The notes below the pieces were generated by a model. It had not been told where the DNA came from. It worked only from the letters and a program-made list of their open reading frames with translations, and searched no databases. Of a DNA stretch of 64,000 nucleotides, positions 49,314-61,359 are shown piece after piece. The stretch is taken from positions 21,514,001 to 21,578,000 of the forward strand of contig NC_043008.1 in NCBI RefSeq assembly GCF_006345805.1, written 5' to 3'. Numbering within the stretch: the first letter of the stretch is position 1; each line of letters opens with the position of its first letter. A program made the position numbers and the translations under genes. Source of the DNA: Octopus sinensis (lineage: Eukaryota).

Positions 49314-52185
49314 TGATTTTGATTTTGATTTTTCCCAGTTTCAGCTAATGAGCTGTGGCCATGCTGGGGCACCGCCATTTGTTTGCTACACGGTTTTACC
49401 TACGGATGCTTTTAGCAAACGCCATCTGGTGCATGAGAGAGTTTGATGCAGCTGCCCTCATCTGCACCTCCTGCCGTGAAGTTGTTCATCCGGGACACCT
49501 GACAGGAAGAAGATCCAGTCTACTTTAAAAGACATCCGCATCTACACCATGCAGGTCCCTCAGGTTCTTCGGGAGGATATTGAAGAGCCGTGGGCCTCTG
49601 AAGCCCAGGCTATCACAGTATCTTGTCCTACATCTTGATGTCAATTTGGAGTCCTTGGTACTACGCAGTGGCGTCCGTTCTGGCATTTGTGTGACTCTCG
49701 ATGCCAAAGTCTGGGACAAGACCTTCCAGGATCTTCCAGATATATATTATGGCATATCTTTCTCGCCTACGCTCCAGGAATAGAGCTTTAATCTCTTGAG
49801 TCTCTCCCAGTAGCTCATATGCTGCACAGAGGCTATCTTCTTCGTGTAGCTTCGTTGGATCGCCTCAAGTTCTGTGATCAACTTGACACTGGATGGTGAC
49901 CATAGCTGAGAGCAATAGTCAAAGGGGCTTAGGACAAGTGTCTTCCAGAGGACCATCATGGTTTCTTGTTCTCTTGTTCTAAAGGTTCTAAGAATCCATC
50001 CATCCAGCCGTCTACTTTCATTGTCAGTTTAGCAACATGTACATGAAAGGTCGCGTCATCACTCATGTGAATACCCAGGTCACGCACTGATTGTGCCCTG
50101 GGATTGGCAATCCTCCGAGTCCAGTGTATTCATTGGGTATTGCATTCAGTTTTGCATGCTGATAGTATAAAGCTTGAAACTTTTCAGCATTGAACTGCAT
50201 GCTATTCTTTTCAGCCCACTTGTATATTTCGTCCAGCTCACATTGCAGGTGCTTAGTGTCTTCAGGTTCTGTATTGCCTGTGAACTTTTGTATCATCTGC
50301 ATAACTTGTGATCGTGGCTCTCTGCGTGGCTGAGGGCATGTCTGAGAGGGCCATTATGAACAGTAGTGGTCCCAAAACAGTGCCTGCGGAACAACCGCTC
50401 ACTATTTGCGTGCTAATGGAAGTGGCCCCCTTGGCTGCTACCACCTGACTTCTATTCTTCAGAAAGTCATGAAGCCATTCTCCTAGTTTTCCAACTATGC
50501 CAAGATCACGCAGTTTGTGACATATCATTCCATGATCGACTTTATCGAAGGCCTTTGCGAAGTCGAGATATATGACTTCCACATTTGAGTGGTTGAGCAG
50601 TTGTTTCAGCACCCAGTCATAGTGCTGCAGGAGCTGAGTTAAGCAGCTTCTTCCTGGTCGGAACCATGTTGGGTGTCAGGCAGCAAGTCATTTTCTTCAA
50701 GGAAGGTGATTAGTTTCCTTCTGACTATTCGTTTCCATGACCTTGCTGATGTGTGAGGTCAGAGAGGTAGGTCTGTAGTTCTTTCTTGGGCTCCGCTCTG
50801 CTACCTCCTTTATGAATAGGGCATATTTTACCTTCCTTCAGTTTTCTGGAAGTTTGCCAGCTGCAAGGAAGCTCTGAAAGAGGAACTGCAGTGGTCTTGC
50901 TAGGACTCTCTTACATACTTTTAGGAGGATTGCCGGGAATCCATCGGGGCAATAGCTGAGTCTGTTTTCATTTCATCTATAGCCTTTATTACATCGTCTT
51001 CCTTTATATCGATGTAATTTATCGTCGCCGCCTCTGATTCTATATCTGCAGTGGTAAAGAAGTCAGTTGGATTGCTGATTTGGAAATGCCCAAGGGGTGG
51101 AGTGAAAACACTCTGAATTGTTCATTCAGTATTTTCACTTACCCTCATTGGTTTTCCTGTGAGTGTGCCATCCTTTCAAGGAGTGGCCCTATCCTACAGT
51201 GCACCGTAGCTGTTTCTTTTTGGCATACCTGTAGAAAGCTCTGGGGTTAGTTTTTATGTTGTCTATAGCCCAGGCTTCTTTTCTGCTCTTTCCTTCTCAT
51301 GGGAGAGTTGCAGACAATTTTCAATTTCCAACAGTTTTATTTTCAGGCGGGACTTTTCACTGCTTTCAATTTGTTTGTTTAGGCGATTTGAAATTTTTGT
51401 ACGCCGTCTCATTAAAATTTTCCTCTCTCTGGGGATTTTTTCTTGTGTACAGTGGCCTTTCTCTCTGGGACACATTTGTAGCATATGGCTTGCATTACAG
51501 ACATGAATTGTTGAAGATCATGTCGATGTCCGGCGAGGAGAGACATTCAGGCCAGTTTTGTTTGAGGATCTCTTTCTCAATTTGTTTCCAGTTTGCCTTA
51601 TTGAAGTTCAAGCTGAAAGATTCTGAGGGTTTCTTGTAGGCTGCATGTCCCGTGCTCTCTTTTGGCCCGTAACATTGTCAGCTCTACCATGTTGTGATCC
51701 GAGAGTAGTGTCGGTGTCACTTTCACATTATGGATGAGATCCATATTATTTGTGAAGCAGAGATCCAGTGTGTTACCTGCTCTGGTTGGTTGGAGTATTA
51801 CTTGCTCCATGTACAGGTGTTGATGAGGTTCAGGAGGGACCCCTCTCGCTGTCCTCGTTCACATCTTGTCATTCCTGGGAGAGAAAGGCCCTGGGCCATC
51901 TGACATTGGTAGATTGAAGTCTCCCATGAGAAGTACACTTATGTGTTTTTCTAATGTGATTAGAACTTCTTCTATTTTTAAAAGGCAGTCCTCAAACTTG
52001 CCCATAATGACTTGGGGCATCTGGAGGGCGATATGTAGCACACACAACTACATCAAGTTGCCTTATGTGTACATTATGTGGTCACACACACCGAGTTTGA
52101 GTATGACAAAGGACCTGGGGTGTGAGGTCCTCACGGATGTACATAGCAACTCCTCCATGACTCCTTTCTTTTCTGTCGGTCCGTA
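49314..52185 (-). mobile_element. 5'-truncated CR1-type LINE ORF2 pseudogene (APE endonuclease part + RT) with intact 3' tail
   Basis: HGGVAMYIR, LLMGDFNLP, QPTRAGNTLDLCFTN, IYLDFAKAFDKVDHG, GTVLGPLLF, YADDTKV, LVLSPFDYCSQLWSP, YWERLKRLKLYS; many frameshifts; 3' (AAAATC)3 tail. Confidence 0.93.
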
Positions 52186-52388
52186 GTACAACATACTGTG
52201 ATAGGAATTGTTTCTGTTCTTAGTTGTTCTCAGAAGTGTTTATATCCTGTTCGTTCGAATCACTGACGATTATTGGTACATTATGATTTTTCAGACAACC
52301 TAACATCACTAGGGCACATAATGTGAGGTTGTGTTGAAAAAGAGGAATAGGAAAATAAGAGAATCTAAAGAGGTAAAAAAGAAAAAAA

Positions 52389-52596
52389 GTAGCTGGCAGA
52401 ATCGTTAGCATGCTTGGCAAAATGCTTAACGGCATTTCGTCCGTCTTTCCGTTCTGAGTTCAAATTCCGCAGAAGTCAACTTTGCCTTTCATCCTTTCGA
52501 GGTTAATAAATTAAATACCATTTAAGGACTGGGGCGGATGTAATCGACTTAACCCCTCCCCACGAATTTCAGGACTTGTACCTATAGTAGAAAGGA
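52389..52596 (+). mobile_element. Family A-like SINE (variant tail) running into a (TTA)n/(TAA)n array
   Basis: agctggcagaatcgttagcatg...gagttcaaattccgc...ggacttgtacctatagtagaaaggattattatt. Confidence 0.85.
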
Positions 52597-52744
52597 TTAT
52601 TATTATTATTGTTGTTGTTGTTGTTATCATTATTATTACTAATAATAATAATAATGATAATAATAATAATATTAATAATAATGATGATGAGATGATGATG
52701 ATGATGATGATAATGATGATGATAGTAATAATAGTAATAAAATA

Positions 52745-52832
<88 letters not shown>

Positions 52833-52860
52833 TAATAGTAATAATGATATCGTTATTATA
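52597..52860. repeat. Compound (TTA)n/(TAA)n/(GAT)n microsatellite
   Basis: Directly visible. Confidence 0.95.
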
Positions 52861-53162
52861 ATATTTTCTAATCAACAAAGTATTATACAAATTTGAAATA
52901 CACTTAGAAAGGAGAAAAAAATATTGAAAAAGTCCTTTATATACAAAACAGAAATTTAAATAAGCAAATATATAATATAAACGATATGAGAAATCACTAT
53001 ATGGATCACTTGAGTGCTAAAAATAGACGTCAAGCCGTCTTACCACTAAACCTGTGTTCTCAACTTGTAACACGCTACTAAAAAAATGGACAACGTGTAA
53101 TACGTAAGAAAGTAACTACAAAATGTGTGAATATGCATATATATATATATATATATATATCT

Positions 53163-53209
<47 letters not shown>

Positions 53210-53329
53210 TATATATATATATACCTTATATAAATATATATGTATATATATATATCTTATATAAATATATATGTAATATTATATAAAATATACATACAAA
53301 CATGTAAATATATGTATATACTTTATTTA

Positions 53330-53395
53330 AAAGCAGCAGAAATTCAACAAAACCTGTTACTCGGTGTTTCACCTTCCCGGTCGTCGGACAGTTTA
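53330..53395 (-). mobile_element. Short Penelope-like pLTR fragment with hammerhead-like motif
   Basis: Minus strand ctgt-CCGACGA-ccgggaaggt-GAAA-c..g-TA-acag between (TA)n runs. Confidence 0.45.
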
Positions 53396-53528
53396 TATAT
53401 TTATATATAATCACACATATATATATATATTCAAATACATTTATGCGTGTTTACATATATATATATATATGCATATACATATTTATACTTGTGTGTTAAT
53501 ATTTATAGACATGTATGTATACGTATAT

Positions 53529-53562
<34 letters not shown>

Positions 53563-54058
53563 ATGCGTATATATATATATGTGAGTGTATATGTGTTTGC
53601 ATATATACACTCAGGTACACACGCAAAAATTATGTTCCCAGATAAGCTAAACAGCAGCACAAGAAGATAATCATAACATTTATAACACAACAACAACAAA
53701 AAACAAACCAATAAAACGAAAAAAAAGGACTAAACTTCGAAATGATCTCTTCTGGCGTTTTGAACAAGAAGCTGGAAGGAATCGTTTTTATATCCGAGGC
53801 AAAGCGTGAGTATGAATAAGAAGTAGTCAAAGAAGGGGAAGATGCCAGGATACTGGATAATAAATCAATAGAATGCACTCGCTCACACACGCACACACAC
53901 ACAGACACACATACACACATATGTGTATGTTTCTATGTGTGTGTATGACTATATGTGTATATATACGTATACATATTCGTATATTATTTATATATGTATA
54001 TGTATGTTTATGTATATATATATATGTATATACATGTGTCTGTATATATAAATACAAA

Positions 54059-54093
<35 letters not shown>

Positions 54094-54450
54094 CAACATA
54101 CTACATGTACATATATATATATATATATATATATACAATACATACATACATGTAAATATATATATACGTGTATATATATATACATGTGCACATATATAAA
54201 AGTATACATATATATGTATATATGTATGTATTATGTATATATATTTGTATATAGTGTATATATAACGTATATCTATATACATATATGTATAGTATAAAGA
54301 GAGAGATGCATATATAGAATATATACGCCCAAAGATACAATAACACATTGGTAATCGGAGATTCAATGGTGACAGATGTTTATTGCTTACATATAAGACG
54401 AAGAGATATTCGAGCATACGTTCATACAAGCAGAGATAAAAAATAATCAT

Positions 54451-54487
<37 letters not shown>

Positions 54488-56158
54488 ACTTAAAAATCAG
54501 AAAAGATTTGTGAAGTCTATGACGGCAAAAAGAAATAGGTTGTATTTTTATAAAAATATGCAACCGGTTTCAATCTTTTTAAAACTCAGTGTAGTCATGA
54601 TGTAAGAGATGGGGAAATAAATCGAAATATGCCAAGATGAACTTAAAAAACCGACGGAATGTTTTGAAAATATTTTCTTTCTTTTGTCTACAGTAATATT
54701 CTCAAAATTAGTTCTTGCTTCTTTAATATAAAGTCACTCGTGTAAAACCTTTTAAGCATTCAATATTTATATATCTATGTGAGTGTACGTGTATTTCTGT
54801 GTCTATCTATCTATCTATCTATCTATCTATATATATATATATATATATATATACTGTTATATTTGTATGTGTGCATGTATATATATATATATATATGTGT
54901 GTGCGTGTGTGTGGGGGGGGGTGTGTGTTTATGTATGTATCTATGTATGTACGTGGAGCATAAATGCTAAATATTTAATATTTAGTAGAATGAATCATAG
55001 CACGGCCGAATTGTAGTCTTGCACGAAGCTTACAAAGGAATTAGCAATTATAACTGTTCGTTGAACATACGGTCATCTGGAAAATAGAAAGCGTGAAACA
55101 AGTAAGAGAAATAGGTATATGAAACCTACTTATCTTTCCACATTTTATCGTGTATTATTGCTATGATATTTTTCGAACGTTTGAACTTTTATTTTCTACC
55201 GCAGTGAAACTTATTTAACAACTTGAATTTTCATTATGTAATTTTGATCAGAAACCTTTTGAATGGAATACTTTTAAGCATGTTTTACCGCCATGAAACA
55301 TTTTTCGCTGCTATTTCGTTCTTTTAAATTTTCATCTTTTTTTTTTTCTTCTTTTTTGCTTTGAAAAATATAAAAGTTATTGAACACTGTATGGTGTTTT
55401 AATAAATAAAAAAATTACATTGTCGCCTATGTTTGCTTGTTGCATATGTTGAGCCAGTCAATAATGGTATATTTCGTTGGCTGCGTGAATATTAGCTGAA
55501 GCAATCTCAAGAACATTTAACTTGATATTTATTGCCAGACATAAATGCTGCTGGCTGTTTACAATGGACAATATTAATAACTGCTGAATGGGAGATAGAT
55601 AAAAAAAACCAGCGCTGCATCCGTAGCATTTACTTATGAAACCGAGAGCCTGGAGTTGTGTGCGCAAATTTCTCAGAACCGTGTGGCAAGAGAGGAGGCA
55701 CATGAATCAGTTTGTCGATCTGCTACGAATTAAAGCGACAAAATAGTTTCCATAGGGTACAACGAGGTTAAGTTTTAAAACATTTGAGAAAACCACATTA
55801 CACCACAGCTTCACGCCGACTGGTTAATTTTAAAATCAAACTGTGCTAGCTCACTCGTGGTGCCTGAGTGAGTGTCTAGCGGTTAGGGCCCGAAACTTCG
55901 CGTCAACATAAAATACAATTCTTATACAGACCCTGGTGCATCTTCAACTCTTAAATAAATGTTTCTATAGACGTACAATCATATTAATAACAAACAAATT
56001 ATCTTCGCTAATAATCACTGAAAAGTTGTAGAGTTGTGATCTTCAATTGACGAAAAAATATCTACTTTCATTTTATTAATTATATTTTATAATTATACAT
56101 ACACATTATGCATCCATCCATTCACAGAGACATACATATATATATATGCACTCATACA

Positions 56159-56227
<69 letters not shown>

Positions 56228-56759
56228 TCCTCCATACCTCCATACATATATACATTCATAACTGCACACTTACATAGTTATATATGTGTGCATATGTGTT
56301 GTATAGATTAATGCGATTTAAACAGGGACGACACAGCTGGTGCATTTGTTTTGTTCTCTCAGTTCAGAGTTGACAATTTATGTTGAATAAGCATACAAAA
56401 TAGCATTGCAGGAAATACTAGGCATTACGCTTTTCTATAATGTAGTTTTCCTACTCTTGCTCGAGTATGTGCAGCATGATATCAAATATGGCCGTATCGT
56501 TAAGATGTTCGCATCAGAATCCTGCGGTATCGTATTCATTCTACTGCACGGCTCCTCGGGCGAGTCAATGTTACTGTAGACCCGAACAAATAAGGCCTAG
56601 TGGCTGTATTTCATAAACGGAATTATACATACATACATACATACATACATACATCATGCAATACATACATACATACATACATATATCACACATATATATA
56701 TATATATATTATATATTATATATATAATATATATCTATATATATATATAATATTATTAT

Positions 56760-57560
56760 ATAGTCAATTAAAAAAATAGAGATACAAAGAAAATCAAACA
56801 GACGCGTGAGGACGTAGCACAAGCAATGTATAAATCGGCGCTCGGAGAAAGAAGAGAGTTTTTGTTTTACGTTTTGAGCATAGCTCTTTGTCGGAAACAG
56901 GAAAAACAAAAAGATTTAAGGGAAAGAAGAACGAGGAAATATATTTGAAAAAGGAAAAGAACCACTTCACTGACAGTTATAATTTAATTTTCTTATACAT
57001 AATATAAGTTAATTTTACAGTTTGGTTTGTAGATCTAGTAAGTTCTTTGTTAACGTCGGAAACGAGATTTTTTAGAGGTTCCTTGTTAACTTTTGTGGAG
57101 AACTTTCTCGCACTCGTCGGTGGCGGTTATTAAACTGATCTTCAGCTTGTGTTGTGTTGTGTTGTGTTGTGTGCTTCTATATATATAAAATATTTGAGTA
57201 TGTCTGGGGTGTGGTTGGGGTAATAATAAGTGTGAGAGTGAAGGAGTGTTCATGAATCAGATCAGAAAGGAAATAGTGAATGGTAGAAACAAGATAGTTA
57301 ATTGAGGGTAGAATTGGGAGGTGGTGGGGGTATTTAGTGAGTGTTTTATGAAGGGCTTGTGAAAGTGTCCTCTTGTTGGTTCCATATGAATGGTTGACTT
57401 TGGAGGAAAATATAATGGTCAGATGCTTTTCAAATTCTCATATGGCTGAATCAGCTATCTTAATTTTATAAAGAGAAGCTTCAGTAATTTTCTATGTGAA
57501 AGATGAGTTTAGGTGTTGTTTGGGGGGATGGGGTGTTAACGAGGTGTAAGATACGTGTCT
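56760..57560 (-). mobile_element. Penelope-like fragment with pLTR and degenerate hammerhead-like motif
   Basis: Minus strand tgttt-CCGACAA-A-GAGC-tat-GCTC-AAAA-CGTA-aaaca at 56863-56899; adjoining C/A-rich decayed coding-like sequence. Confidence 0.5.
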
Positions 57561-58650
57561 TTTGATAAAAAAGGGGATGATAGCATAGAGGGAGGAGAAA
57601 GAGAGACACACACACACATAAGTTTAGACTTGGAATGTTTGTTGATAGAAATATTTTTATATTTATATATTGGTTTGGGAGGGGAGGTGGAAGGGAGATC
57701 ATGCTATCTCACATATTTGCTTCCCTACGTACAAACAAACGAATGTATATATATATAATATATGTGTGTATGTGTGTGTGTATACACATACACATATGCA
57801 AACACACGCACATACATGCATATATATATATAATACATGCACATATACATACATACACCACACACGTTTTCCCATATATACATACACATATACACACACA
57901 TACACACATATACAGACATACATGCATAATACATATTTATATGTATATATTATATATATATACATACATATATATATATATATATAAATATAATATATAT
58001 ATATATATATATGCATCGTTTGACAAACTTCAACTGATAGTAAGTAAAACCATTAAACCATTTAATTCCAAGATTTATTTATGTTTAACAACTGAATGAA
58101 TTTAATATACAAGCATCTAAATATGAAACATAATGAAAATTATTCCAACTGAAGTCTTTCAGTGACACCATTTTCCCCAAATAAATAAATAAATTGAATA
58201 TTAAATATTTGGGGAATTTTTGATTTACTGTCAGGTGACTATTGGCCAAGTCAGTATATCTACACACATACACACAGACATGTATTTTCTAGTTCATACA
58301 AAACCATATATTTGTAGATGCATTAACACCTATATATTTATATATACCTATATACACATGCATACGTACACACACACACATATGTATATGTATCTATACT
58401 ATTCAAGTATTTCAGTTTATATGCACAATGCTGGGACGGTGATTAGTGAAATGATAGTGTACCTCCGTGGGTTGTTCTCTTCAACCAACGAATAATTTTG
58501 CAGCTTATTGTACTTCGATACAGGAAAAATTCACAACTATCTGCGCCAATAAATCACTGCTTCTAAGAGTTATTATTTTCTTGTGTCTTCTACGGACTGC
58601 TTGAAGCTTCCTTCACCTTTATCCTAGGATCTTACCTTTACATATCTGTT

Positions 58651-58684
<34 letters not shown>

Positions 58685-58687
58685 TCC

Positions 58688-58794
<107 letters not shown>

Positions 58795-58895
58795 CCCTAT
58801 ATATGCGACTGTGATTGTGTGTATATAAATATATATATATATATATATATAAATCAATAAATGGTGGGGTTGTGTTGACCGCACGTGGAGAAATG

Positions 58896-60190
58896 ATAGG
58901 CAAGGAAAACTTAAAAAGCAGAATGCTAAATTGAAGGAAAATTTTAATGAACATGGGGGTATGGAAAATTTTGAAAAATTAATAAAATATATATATATTA
59001 ATTCATACCGGTTTTCGTCACAATGTGACTTTTCAAGAATTGTAAGGTGGAAAGAAAAAATCTTTTGGTTATGTTTGAGGAGGGGCAAAAAAGAAAATTA
59101 CATTGTTTTCTGGCAAAAATAATAATACACATGTACAAATTTAAAAATAGGTATTCCGATACATTGTAAAGTCTTTGTGTATCACGAGTTAATGATAGTT
59201 TGTCTTGAAAATTACCTTGGAGATTGAGATCCATGTGATTAAATCCATGTGCTGTTTAATTTAATTAAGGATGTCTGTTAAGTGAATGTCAAAACAGGAA
59301 GTAGATGTCCAGTTCCTGTGAGTAAGGGGAGAAAACTCTGTGGGTTTTAAGCTCTTCAATTTGGGTTATATCAATGTTTTGTAATAAAGGGTGTTAATAA
59401 ACTTTAGATTATAAAATTATCATTTTAGCTTCATTTGCGTTATCTTTTTTATATAATTGTTTGCTAACTTAACATTCAGTTTTTTCATTTTTGTGTCTGA
59501 TGACAGTAGAGTGAGAACAGACCCAAAAATGAAAAACATTATAAATACACACAAAATCCTCAAATGTAAAAGGCAACACAAATCTTTAAAAAACTCTTGA
59601 CAAATGCCAAACTTCACACACCACATCCACTCCCAGCAGTTAAAAAATTGTACGCCGAAACTGTGGCACCTGCCCCTTCCTACTTGAAGGCTCTGAATTT
59701 ATCTTCAAACAAGGAACGAAGTTTAAAATCAAGGCCAACTTCTCCTGTTCCTCCGAGAACCTTCTACGTTCTCACATGCGCCGGTTTGCCAACATAATTA
59801 TGTTGGACAAACGAGCCCTCCCTTACGTAAAGAGTAGCGTTCCATAAAGAACAAATAAATCTCCCGAATACCGGCAAATTCCACTGAGTGGCCACTAGAC
59901 TCATGCGCTAAAGACAAAAGTCCCAAATTTTATATATACCCCTTCTACCAATGTAAAGACGGAATCACCACACCAGGAGAGAATTAACAAGGAGAATCTT
60001 TTATTGAAAAATTCAAAAACGCATCTTAATTGCAAACTCCTCGTTGATCATACTTCTTTTTTCTACCTCATTCTCATGGATGTACTAACACAACATATAA
60101 GGATACCATGCAGTCATCACTTCAAGCTAAAACTTATATTCTTTATTTATCATTATTATTATAGTTGTTGTTATTATTATATTATTATTA

Positions 60191-60221
<31 letters not shown>

Positions 60222-60906
60222 TTATTATTATATATGACATACAATCTGAAATGTAATTATAAATTGGTTTATGTAAATTTATATAATTAGCAAAACAATA
60301 TAATAAAGAGTTAAAATCTGAATGTTAAGTTAGCAAACAATATATAAAAAAAGATAATGCAAATGAAGCTAAAATGATAATTTTATATTTTAAGGTTATT
60401 TAACACCCTTTATTACAAAAATTGATAAACCCCAAATTGAAGAGCTTAAAACCCACAGAGTTGTCTCCCCTTACTCACAGGAACTGGACATCTACTTCCT
60501 GTTTTGACATTCACTTAACAGATATCCTTAATTAAATTAAACAGCACATGGATTTAATCACATGGATCTCAATCCTCCAAGGTAATTTTTTCAAGAACTA
60601 TCATTAAACTCGAGATACACAAAGACTTTTCAATGTATCGGAATACCTATTTTTTAATTTTTGTACATGTTTATTATTATTTTCTTGCAGAAAACAACGT
60701 AATTTTCTTTTTTGCCCCTCCTCAAACATAAACAAATTTTTTTTTTCTTTCCACCTTACAATTCTTGAAAAGTCACATTGTGACGAAAACCGGTATGAAT
60801 TAATATATATATATTTTATCAATTTTTCAAAATTTTCCATACACCCATTTTCATTAAAATTTTCCTTCAATTTAGCATTCTGCCTTCTCAATTTTTCCTT
60901 GCCTAT
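58896..60906 (+). mobile_element. 5'-truncated Penelope-like element with an inverted copy of its 3' end at the 5' junction
   Basis: 58896-59479 is the reverse complement of 60318-60906 (scattered substitutions and 1-bp indels); GIY-YIG remnant between the arms. Confidence 0.9.
59515..60030 (+). pseudogene. Penelope GIY-YIG endonuclease remnant with upstream CxxC motif
   Basis: With frameshifts corrected: RTDPKMKNIINTHKILKCKRQ...RNCGTCPFL...ANFSCSSENLLYVLTCAGC.HNYVGQT..LRKRV.FHKEQI...GHLDSC...KENLFIEKFK.HLN. Confidence 0.88.
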
Positions 60907-60926
60907 AGATATATATATATATATAT

Positions 60927-60957
<31 letters not shown>

Positions 60958-61208
60958 CACGCCCACACACACATATATACTTATATATATATGTACATGC
61001 GTGTATGTAAATTATATATGTATACATATGTATATATTGACAATATGTGTGTGTGCATGCATGTGTAAATTAAAACTGAAAAATACAGAAACGAGTAGCA
61101 AAAATATATTAGTTTATAATATAATACTAATAATAATAATAATAAAAATGATGATGATGATATATAATAATGATAATAATAATAATAATGATAATGATAA
61201 TAATGATG

Positions 61209-61244
<36 letters not shown>

Positions 61245-61307
61245 TAAAATAATAATAAAATAATAATAATAATAATATAATAATGACAATGATAATGATT
61301 ATAATAA

Positions 61308-61344
<37 letters not shown>

Positions 61345-61359
61345 GATAATAAGAATAAG

